From Anthoceros angustus (lineage: Eukaryota > Plantae > Anthocerotophyta): DNA of 64,000 bases. Below, in pieces: positions 1 through 8,783 of this stretch. The stretch covers positions 191,423-255,422 of the forward strand of contig VJWM01000240.1 of NCBI GenBank assembly GCA_010909165.1, written 5' to 3'. How positions within the stretch are numbered: the first letter of the stretch is position 1; each line of letters begins with the position of its first letter. A model generated the notes under the pieces. It did not search any database and was not told the DNA's origin. It saw only the letters and a list, made by a program, of their open reading frames with translations. A program made the position numbers and the translations under genes.

Positions 1-239
1 AGAGCGATCTATTTCGCCACACTTCATTATGCGTGAAGCGCTGCAAACTCGCTTGGGCGGCCTCTCACGCTCTCCATAACGTCATTCGCCAGCAGAGCGA
101 GCGCCGCCGAATTCGCTGCGCGCTGCACCTTCACCTGCTCCTGCCGCTGCATTGGTTCGTCTGATTGTTCGCAGGCCGATTTATTAGGGAGGGCGGGGCG
201 CCATGGAGGCGCAAGCTCTCCAGAGCTGGAGGTGAAGAC

Positions 240-1826
240 ATGAGCCCCGTCAAGGCGCCTGGTAAGGAGCCCGGAAAGGATCCGTCGCTGTGGAGAATTC
301 TGAAGGCGGGGGTGACGGTGGAGGACCTGGTGGCCACCGTGGTTGGCAAGCTCGAGACTAGAAACCTTGGCGCAAACCTGAAGCCTTGCCAGTTGAAGCT
401 GAGCACGGATTTCACCGTCACCGGCTGGGACGGCGCGCGGAATGTGCTCCAGGTGAACGAAAGCGATCTCCTGGCGTGGGATTGCGAGCCGGTGGGGCTG
501 GTGCTCGGGGTGGCGTACAAGGGGCGCACTCCCGTGGAGGACTTCCGGGCGCAGAACCTCAACTCCGAGGCCGGGAGGGCTCGGGAGGGCTTTCTGCAGA
601 CCCTCTCCAAGGATGGAACCTTCCGGAGGTTAGCGGACGAGCGGCTGGTGGAGCTCGGGCTCGGAGGGGGAGGCGGCAGGCCGCTCCCGGTCGCAGTGGT
701 GCACGGCTTGAACGAGGAGTGGAAGAGGAAGCAGGGGTTCAATTGGGTGGGGGAGCGGGTGGCCCAGGTGCGGGCATTCCTCGCCGGAGGAAGGCCGGGG
801 GAGGCGCTGGATTCCAGGGCCAGGCAGCTGCTTTCCGACTATGTTCGCGCCGCGATGGTGTTCCTGCAGTTCGTGAGGCTTTCCCGCGGGGAATTCGCGC
901 GGATGCTGCAGGAGAACAGCCATAGCTGGCGCTGCGTGTTGGAGAAGATGCAGCGGGACGTGATCGGTCCGCTGCAAGCGAAACTGGAAGACGCGGGCGA
1001 GAAGACGGAGAAGTGGAAGGGGAGGTACCGGGGCGTGGAGGAGAGGATTTCCGCGATGGTGGAAAGGCACGAGGAGGAGTTGAAGGCGATCCGGGCCGCC
1101 GCCGCGAAGCGGGAGGAACAGATGAGGGCAGAGATGAGAGCCGAGGTAGGGCTGAAGGTGGAGGAGGCTCTGACCCGGTTTATGGCGGAGATGGAGAATT
1201 GCCGGGGCCTGATGAGCCAGGTCGGGGCGGAGGTGGAGATGAAGCAGAGGTGTATTCGGACGCTGGAGGAGAAGGTTCAGGGGAAGGTTTCGGAGGATCT
1301 TGCGTACCTGAGCGTGAAGGTGGAGGAGCTGGTGCAGGAGACGGGGCGGAAGTCGCAGCCGGATCCGGCTCTGGTCTTGGATCGCTGCAGGAAGGAGATG
1401 CAGGCTGTGGAGCAGTGCATGGCGCGGTCGCTTCGCGGGTTTCGGGAAAGGACGGATGCCTTGGCCGCGGAGTGCAGGAAGCGGGAGGATGCCGTGGTCG
1501 CGGAGAGCAAGCTGGCCGAGGCTGTGCTGACTGCGCGCGTCCAGGAGACGGACCAGGCGGTGGGATCTTTGTCTGCGGAGCTCGGCGCGCTGAGGACGAC
1601 GGTGGACGGCCTTGCTGCGAGGCAGAATGACGATGTCCGGAGGTGCCGTGCCGACTTGCGGCTGATTCAAGGCACTGCGGAGGCTGCTGAGAAGAACGTT
1701 GGATTGATGGCCAAGCTTATCACCGAGAACATGGACACTGTGCACAAGACTCTGGTGAAGTTCAAGACGGAAGAGTTGAGGATGAAGACGGAAGAGTTGA
1801 TGAAGGGACAGAAACCACCTTGGTAG
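240..1826 (+). CDS. Intronless uncharacterised protein with a long C-terminal coiled coil (528 aa from ATG 240)
   Basis: Open frame 165-1826 with first in-frame ATG at 240. GC-rich coding-like sequence. The C-terminal ~300 aa are E/K/R/A/L-rich heptads (e.g. LEEKVQGKVSEDLAYLSVKVEELVQE). No family recognised. Confidence 0.7.
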   Translation: MSPVKAPGKEPGKDPSLWRILKAGVTVEDLVATVVGKLETRNLGANLKPCQLKLSTDFTVTGWDGARNVLQVNESDLLAWDCEPVGLVLGVAYKGRTPVEDFRAQNLNSEAGRAREGFLQTLSKDGTFRRLADERLVELGLGGGGGRPLPVAVVHGLNEEWKRKQGFNWVGERVAQVRAFLAGGRPGEALDSRARQLLSDYVRAAMVFLQFVRLSRGEFARMLQENSHSWRCVLEKMQRDVIGPLQAKLEDAGEKTEKWKGRYRGVEERISAMVERHEEELKAIRAAAAKREEQMRAEMRAEVGLKVEEALTRFMAEMENCRGLMSQVGAEVEMKQRCIRTLEEKVQGKVSEDLAYLSVKVEELVQETGRKSQPDPALVLDRCRKEMQAVEQCMARSLRGFRERTDALAAECRKREDAVVAESKLAEAVLTARVQETDQAVGSLSAELGALRTTVDGLAARQNDDVRRCRADLRLIQGTAEAAEKNVGLMAKLITENMDTVHKTLVKFKTEELRMKTEELMKGQKPPW

Positions 1827-3044
1827 TGCTTGATTGCCGGTTCAAAGAGAACAAGCCTTCGTCTGCGCGGAGTCGAACTGCACAAGTGTCTTGTAGCACC
1901 GGCTCCGCCTTCATGTTTGTCCATCACCGACTGCGGTAATTAGCGCTCATCTATGTCCCCCCGAGCTGAGAATGATGAGAGAAAACTCCGCTCGGGGCGT
2001 CTTAATGGTCCGGGGTGGGGCCAGCTGGCTCTAATGTACATATTTCTGCCGCCCGCAGAGCTTATCATCAGAGCAAACTCCGCTTGGCGCGTGATAATTG
2101 GTCGGGGTGGGGACAGCTTTAGGGGACCTCATTTGGGTGCATGGCTTACTCCCACGTCACGAGTCGACTCACGACTCCCGGTGCGTAATTCGAAACCAGT
2201 AGACTGTGACCTAACATAATTACAAGTCGCTGCCGGGTCGTGACCGTGACGTGGGGGGTGAGTTTGTGCCTGTGATGTCGACGTCACGGCGTCGTGAGAA
2301 TTAGTTGTGCTTGCACGAGATGGGTGCGAGGGATTTTTCTGAGTGCTAGCACAGCATGAAGGAGAACTCGATAAATGGGAAGGGCCCATCGCGCTAAAAC
2401 AGAAAGATTGGGCTCCACCGAGGAATTGTTTGACATTGTTCTCCCTCGAGTGACACCAAAACCTCAAAAGCTGTCCTAAGGGTGCGAGACTTGCTTTCAG
2501 TATTTTGTAAACTAGAGCGTGCTAATACGATATGGCGAAAGCTCGAGGAAATGTTGAAGTTTCATGGAGGGAAAACTTAAGGATTGTCTTCCTGAATGAA
2601 TGAGTCATCCTGCACCCTCCCGCGGATGCCAGTTATGTATGTAATTTGTGGTTCTATCTGTGTACCAACAGTCTGTTTGTGCTTCAGCTTCGGCATTGGC
2701 CTGTTCGCTGATTTCGACACCAACTTTGCATCAACGTCTCGTAAAACGCATGACATTCTGAGGGACGGTTGGGTAGGAAAGCTTGAGTTCGAGGAACCCA
2801 TTGCTGGAGAAGAAGGAAGCCTCGAAGTGTGCCACCGGAGACCGAGATATGCAGTACGGGCAAGTGGATGTCTGGCTGGAGAGGGGTCTTCCAGCGAAAG
2901 TCTGCCTTGGGCAGGAGCCCTGGTGGAGACAACTTGGGACATTTAGGTGGGATGGCATGCAAGGTAAGGAGAGGGCCCGTTCGCCTGACTTCCGGCGTAG
3001 AGAGACCCAGCAGGTCCTGCACTGCAGCAAGGCAGAGAGGGTAG

Positions 3045-6000
3045 ATGCACGGCTGGCTGCTCCGGGCACGGAGAGGGGTCGTGGTGCCCTTACATGCCAC
3101 TGGAGTGTACCGGATGATAGTGACCCTAGCCTCGGAGGAAGGTGTGAGCAAACTGTGTCGGCAGGGGCAGCTCGATGAGGCCGTTGAGGCTCTGGGAATT
3201 TTGGTACGCAGTGACCGTCATGTCAATGTCTCCAGAAATCTCTTATATACGGTCCTAAAAGAATGCGTTGGTAAGAAGGATCTGCCTCTGGGGCGCCGTG
3301 TCCATGCTCTCACTGTGAAGACAGGGTTTGAGTCGGATACATTCTTGTGCAATCATGTCCTGCGAATGTATGCTTCTCATGCCAGGTTGCAAGAGGCTGT
3401 GGATGTTTTTACTGTGGTTTTCAAACCAGATGCTTTCACATGGTCCGCCATAATATCTGCGCATACTGACCATGGACAAGATAAGCAGGCTATAGAACTT
3501 TATCATGCTATGCGCAGGTCGAGTGTGATGCCAGATGGCCATGTTTTTGTAGCAGCGCTCCAGGCTTGTGCAAGGGGAGCTGACTTGAAATCTGGGCAGC
3601 TGGTGCATGCTGACGTGTTGGCTAGTGGCATTGAGCCCAATTTGTTTGTTTGGAATAGCTTGGTGGACATGTATGCAAAATGTGGCAGTTTGGAGGACGC
3701 GCGGGAACTGTTTGACGGACTTGGGAAGAAAGATGTGGTGACATGGAGTGCCATGATAGCTGGATATGCCCAGCAGGACATGGGGCAAGAAGCCCTTCAT
3801 CTTTACAGGGCTATGAAAGTAGAAGGCGTGGTGGAACCCAATTGTGTGACATTTTTGTGCCTCTTGCAGGCGTGTGCAAGTGTTGGCGCCCTGGCTTTGG
3901 AAATGGGAAAGCAGCTTCATGTGCATATTAGAGCACAAGGAATTCAGGGTGATGTGGTTTTAGCTGGGAGCCTGGTAAACATGTATGCAAAGTGTGGCAG
4001 CCTCGTGGATGCACGTAGAGTGTTTGATGGACTCGATCAAAAAGATGTGGTGACATGGAGTGCCATGATAGCAGGATATTCCCAACAGGGCATGGGGCAG
4101 GAAGCCCTGTGCCTCTACAGGGCTATGCAAGATGAAGGCATGGCTGCACCCAGTTCTGTGACATACGTTTCCGTTCTTCAGGCATGTGCAAGTGTGGGCA
4201 CCTCAGCTCTGGAGAAGGGAAAGCAGCTTCATGGACAAATCAAAGGACGGGGGCTTCAGGCTGATGTGTTGGTAGCCAACAGCTTGGTACACATGTATGC
4301 AAAGTGCGGCAGCCTCGTGGATGCACGGCGTGTATTTGATGGGCTTTGTGAAAAAACTATCGTGACGTGGAGTGCCATGATAGCAGGATACTCCCAGCAT
4401 GGCATGGGGCAGGAAGCCCTGCATCTTTATAGCTTGATGCAGGAAGAAGGCATTCTTACACCCAATTCTATGACATTTGTGTGCCTCCTGCAGGCATGTG
4501 CAGGTCTGGGGTCCTTGGCTTTGGAGATGGGCAGGCAGCTTCATGCGCAGATAACAGAACGAGGATTTCAGGCAGATATGTTTGTCGCCAATAGCTTGAT
4601 AAACATGTATGGGAAGTGTGGCAGGCTAGAGGATGCCCGTGGGGTGTTTGACAGACTTGTTCAGAAAGATGTAGTGACCTGGAATGCCATGATAGCAGGA
4701 TATTCCCAGCAGGGCATGGGGCAGGAAGCCCTCCAGCTGTACATGGATATGCAACAGGAAGGTATTGTTGAACTTGACTCTGTAACATTTGTGTGCCTCC
4801 TGCAGGCATGTGCAAGTGCCGGTACACGGGGGTTGGAGAAGGGAACACAGCTTCATGCACAGATCAGAGAATGCAGACTTCAGGCTGATGGCGTTGTCGG
4901 TGGAAGCCTGGTAAACATGTACGCGAAGTGTGGCAGCCTTGAGGATGCTAGGGGAGTGTTTGATGGGCTTGGTCAGAAGCATGTGGTGACCTGGAATAGC
5001 ATGATTGCAGGATATTCCCAGTGGGGCATGGGGCAAGAAGCCCTTAGTCTTTACAGGAGTATGGGTGAAGACAGGGTTGTCGCACCCGATTCTGTGACAT
5101 TTGTGTCTCTCCTGCAGGCATGTGCCAGTGTGGGCTCTGAAGCTTTGGAGAAGGGGAGGCACCTTCATGCTCAAATTAGGAGACGAGGACTGGAAGCTGA
5201 CGTGTTTGTAGCCAGCAGTTTGATAAACATGTATGCAAAGTGTGGCAGCCTGGAGGATGCTAAAAGAGTGTTTGACAGACTTGATGGAAAAAACGTGGTG
5301 ACGTGGAGTGCCTTGATAGCAGGATACTCCCAGTTGGGCATGGGGCAGGAAGCCTTTCGGCTTTACAATGCGATGCAAGAAGAAGGCATGGATGCTCTTG
5401 ATGCCGTTCTGTTCGTATCCCTCCTGCAAGCATGTGCAAGCAGCGACACCCCATCTCTGGAGAAGGTTACGCTGCTTCATGCACAAATTAGAGAAAAAGG
5501 GCTTCAGGCTGATGTATTTGTGGCCAACAGCTTGATTAACATGTATGCAAAGTGTGGCAGCCTAGATAATGCTCAGGGTGTGTTTGATGGGCTTGGTCAA
5601 AGGAATATTGAGACGTGGAATGCCATAATAGCAGGGTATTCCCAACAGGGCATGGCACCAGAAGCCCTTTGTCTTTACAATGCTATGCAAGAAGATTACA
5701 AAGTTGCGCCCAATTCTGTCACATTTGTGCGCGTCCTGCAGGCTTGTGCAATGGTGGGCACCTCGGCTTTGGGAACAGGGAAGCAGCTTCATGCACAGAT
5801 TAGACAACGAGGACTCCATGCCGATGTGTTTGTGGCCAGTACTTTGATAAGCATGTATGCAAAGTGCGGCAGCCTCCAAGATGCTCGGGCCGTGTTTGAG
5901 GGACTTGGTCAGAAAAACCTGGTGACGTGGAGTGCCATAATAGGCGCATATTCCCAGAAGGGCATGGGGCAGATGGCCCTTGATCTTTACAGGGCCATGC

Positions 6001-7475
6001 AAGGAGGAGGAGTGACTGCACTCGATGCTGTGACATTTCTGTCCCTCCTGCAGGCATGTGCGAGTGTTGGGACGCCAGCTCTAGAGATGGGGAAGCAGCT
6101 GCATGCACAGATTAGAGAACAAGGCCTTCATGCTGATGTGTTTGTAGCCAACAGCTTGGTACACATGTATGCAAAGTGCGGGAGCCTTGAGCATGCTCAA
6201 AGTGTGTTTGACAGTCTCATTCAAAAGGATGTGGTGACATGGACTGTCATGATAGCGGGATGTTCCGAGCAGGGTCTGTTGCGGGAAGCCCTGCATCTGT
6301 ATTGGTTGATGCAAGAAGAAGGCACTGTCATACCCAACTCAATGACTTTTGTGTCTCTGCTGCAAGCATGTGCACGCGTAGGAACCCTGGCGTTGGGAAC
6401 AGGGCGGCAGCTTCATGCACAAATTAGAGAACAAGGACTTCAAGCTGATGTGTTTGTAGCCAGCAGTTTGGTAGACATGTATGCCAAGTGTGGCGGCTTA
6501 GAGGATGCCCGGGACCTGTTTGACAGGCTTGGTCAAAAGAATGTGGTGACGTGGAGTGCCATGATAGCAGGATATTCCCAGCAGGGCAGGGGGCAGGACG
6601 CCCTCGACCTTTACAGGGCTATGCAACAAGAACGTCTCTCTGCACCTAATTCTGTCACATTTCTGTGCCTCCTTCACGCATGTGCAAGTCTGGCAGCTTT
6701 GCATCTGGGAAGGCAGCTTCATGCAGATATAAGAGAACAAGAGCTTCAAACCGATGTGCTTGTAGCCGGCAGTTTGATAAACATGTATGGCAAGTGCGGT
6801 AGCATGGTTGATGCACTGCAGGTGTTTGAGGCCTTACCCGAAAGAGATATTGTCGTCTGGAATGCACTAGTTGCAGGATTCACCCGTCAAGGAGAGAGTG
6901 CATTGGTATTTGACTTGGTTCACAGAATCACAGAGGACGGGCTAAACCCAGACGGCTTCACGTTCCTTAGTGTACTAACAGTGTGCAGTCATACGGGTCT
7001 TGTGAATAAGGGGCGAGAGTACTTTGAGGCTATGAGCAGACAGCATGGAGTCACTCCCACGGCAGACCACTACACGTGCATGGTGGACCTCCTAGGTCGT
7101 GCAGGACAGCTGCACGACGCTCTAGCCTTGGTAAGGACAATGCCGGTACTTCCTACTGCTGCTGCCTGGCACACTCTTCTGGGTGCTTGTCAAAAGTGGA
7201 GCAACTTGGAGGTGGGACGCCATGCTTTCGATGAAGCAGTGAAGTTAGACAAGAAAGATGCCGCAGCATATGTGTTGATGGCGAACATCTACAGGGGTGT
7301 GCATTTGTGGGAGCAGGCACAGGAGATCCAGGCAAGGAGAGTAAGAATCGGAGCGAGGAAGCTGCCAGGGCAGAGCTGGTGGACAGATATGAGCGGATCA
7401 GTGCACAACTTTTTAGCCGGGGATAGGAAGCTTCGCTCAACGCCGGTATCTCTGTCTTCAAATGGGTCAGAGTGA
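3045..7475 (+). CDS. PLS-class pentatricopeptide repeat protein, E/E+ subclass (organellar RNA-editing specificity factor), no DYW domain
   Basis: Intact intronless 1476-aa ORF. Eleven MY[AG]KCG S-motifs plus one degenerate, alternating with VVTWxAMIAGY P-motifs and VTFVxLLQACA L-motifs. These are followed by P2-L2-S2 (DHYTCMVDLLGRAG), E1 (AWHTLLGAC), E2 (AYVLMANIY), PG box PGQSWW and HNFLAGD, then stop. Confidence 0.97.
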   Translation: MHGWLLRARRGVVVPLHATGVYRMIVTLASEEGVSKLCRQGQLDEAVEALGILVRSDRHVNVSRNLLYTVLKECVGKKDLPLGRRVHALTVKTGFESDTFLCNHVLRMYASHARLQEAVDVFTVVFKPDAFTWSAIISAHTDHGQDKQAIELYHAMRRSSVMPDGHVFVAALQACARGADLKSGQLVHADVLASGIEPNLFVWNSLVDMYAKCGSLEDARELFDGLGKKDVVTWSAMIAGYAQQDMGQEALHLYRAMKVEGVVEPNCVTFLCLLQACASVGALALEMGKQLHVHIRAQGIQGDVVLAGSLVNMYAKCGSLVDARRVFDGLDQKDVVTWSAMIAGYSQQGMGQEALCLYRAMQDEGMAAPSSVTYVSVLQACASVGTSALEKGKQLHGQIKGRGLQADVLVANSLVHMYAKCGSLVDARRVFDGLCEKTIVTWSAMIAGYSQHGMGQEALHLYSLMQEEGILTPNSMTFVCLLQACAGLGSLALEMGRQLHAQITERGFQADMFVANSLINMYGKCGRLEDARGVFDRLVQKDVVTWNAMIAGYSQQGMGQEALQLYMDMQQEGIVELDSVTFVCLLQACASAGTRGLEKGTQLHAQIRECRLQADGVVGGSLVNMYAKCGSLEDARGVFDGLGQKHVVTWNSMIAGYSQWGMGQEALSLYRSMGEDRVVAPDSVTFVSLLQACASVGSEALEKGRHLHAQIRRRGLEADVFVASSLINMYAKCGSLEDAKRVFDRLDGKNVVTWSALIAGYSQLGMGQEAFRLYNAMQEEGMDALDAVLFVSLLQACASSDTPSLEKVTLLHAQIREKGLQADVFVANSLINMYAKCGSLDNAQGVFDGLGQRNIETWNAIIAGYSQQGMAPEALCLYNAMQEDYKVAPNSVTFVRVLQACAMVGTSALGTGKQLHAQIRQRGLHADVFVASTLISMYAKCGSLQDARAVFEGLGQKNLVTWSAIIGAYSQKGMGQMALDLYRAMQGGGVTALDAVTFLSLLQACASVGTPALEMGKQLHAQIREQGLHADVFVANSLVHMYAKCGSLEHAQSVFDSLIQKDVVTWTVMIAGCSEQGLLREALHLYWLMQEEGTVIPNSMTFVSLLQACARVGTLALGTGRQLHAQIREQGLQADVFVASSLVDMYAKCGGLEDARDLFDRLGQKNVVTWSAMIAGYSQQGRGQDALDLYRAMQQERLSAPNSVTFLCLLHACASLAALHLGRQLHADIREQELQTDVLVAGSLINMYGKCGSMVDALQVFEALPERDIVVWNALVAGFTRQGESALVFDLVHRITEDGLNPDGFTFLSVLTVCSHTGLVNKGREYFEAMSRQHGVTPTADHYTCMVDLLGRAGQLHDALALVRTMPVLPTAAAWHTLLGACQKWSNLEVGRHAFDEAVKLDKKDAAAYVLMANIYRGVHLWEQAQEIQARRVRIGARKLPGQSWWTDMSGSVHNFLAGDRKLRSTPVSLSSNGSE
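3670..6800 (+). repeat. Coding tandem repeat with ~312-bp period (P36-L37-S31 triplets) inside the PPR gene
   Basis: ATGTATGCAAAGTG recurs at 3981 and 4293 (312 nt apart) and at similar spacing through the ORF. Confidence 0.9.
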
Positions 7476-8783
7476 ACCGGGCAAGGATCGAAACAAACGC
7501 CAGTTGCTCGCTGCGCAACATGCAAGAGCAGGGCTTCCTATCTTTCTTTATGTTGTATAAAAATCATACATGGCACGGTCCTTCACTTTGGACGCCCTTA
7601 CATCTGCAGAAGAACCCTTCAGAACCCTTGCTGAAGATTTCTCCCCCGGGGTTGTTTTGATTTATTTTTAAAATACCAAATTAAAAAAAATCTGCAGAAG
7701 AAAAAACAGATAACATCTGATATTTAGTTGTGTGCCGACTACCTGAACGTAAATGGTGAGCAACATCTAGCACTGCGATCTGATCTGCCGCCATCTCATC
7801 AAACGGACACGTTCCTTGCCACTTTTGGTACCAACGACACACTCAAATATATACAATCGAAACCCCAAAGACGCCGCGTCTAGGGTACCAATCTCCATTT
7901 TACTCACATGTCGGGACCTATTCTGAATGTGGTCCTCATCTCGATGCTTTCGCAATCGCGCCACAACGGAGACACACTGAAGCCACTGGACCACTGAGAT
8001 GTCAAGTCTGCCAACGTTCTCCTGGTCTCCCAGCTGAATGATGGCAGGACGTGACACCTCGCTGGTGGATGGCTGGCTCGAAAGGACGATGAGCTCAAGA
8101 GACGGCCACGACGACACAGACAGCGAGGCTTCCTTGCAAGATTGCTATCAGATGGTGCAAATTTCCCACCGAGATGTTATGGCTGCCAACATTCCAACGC
8201 CTGCGCGGTACGCAGCTGCGCGAATGCTGCCAGGAACATATTGACGGTACATCTCGGTGGGAAATGACAAAACCTAGCCAAGGCTGTGTACTGCCAACAA
8301 CGAAGCTATTTTGGTCAGAGCTCTGAGCATGCCACGCCTTTATGCCGCCCCTGTCACAACACGACAATAAATGTACATCCACAGGAACATGCTGGTCACC
8401 TTCTTTCTGCCAACGGAGGCGTGGAAGATGAACCAACTACCACCGGCGTCATACGATAATGCAGAACCACTCCGGTCTGCGAGCTAAAGCGAGCTTCTCG
8501 TTCATCCTATGTACGGTCTTCGCCTCGCCTCAGCAAGCAAAGATGTGCTAACTAGATAAGACTATTCTAACAAAGCTCTTCACAATCCACTCTAAGAAGG
8601 CTCTTTACAATCCGCAGTTACATACATGCAAGTTGTAGTACCAAGTCGAGAACTCAAGGCATAGTTCCTAAAATTGTACAAGATTCACACAAGCTACCAA
8701 AACACGGACAAATCCTCGCAAATGTGCAGGCCTTGGGAGTCGGAAACGACAGAGTCGCTAGCCGATTCAGAACCTTGCAACTC

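Noticed and set aside
131-1745. Long antisense and alternative-frame ORFs (131-742, 630-1745, 1013-1630)
   Set aside because: They overlap the GC-rich coiled-coil gene and show low-complexity shadow composition (L/P/H-rich or G/R-rich).
1790-1826. C-terminal PPW suggesting a KASH nuclear-envelope protein
   Set aside because: There is no transmembrane segment before the tail.
3255-6867. Many minus-strand and alternative-frame ORFs over the PPR gene
   Set aside because: They are periodic shadows of the 312-bp coding repeat, with no independent motifs.
7365-7475. U-to-C (DYW:KP-type) editing factor
   Set aside because: The box is PG/WW-type rather than KP-type, and no deaminase domain is present.
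7767-8436. Short minus-strand ORFs between the PPR and WD40 genes
   Set aside because: No identifiable domain or consistent exon structure.
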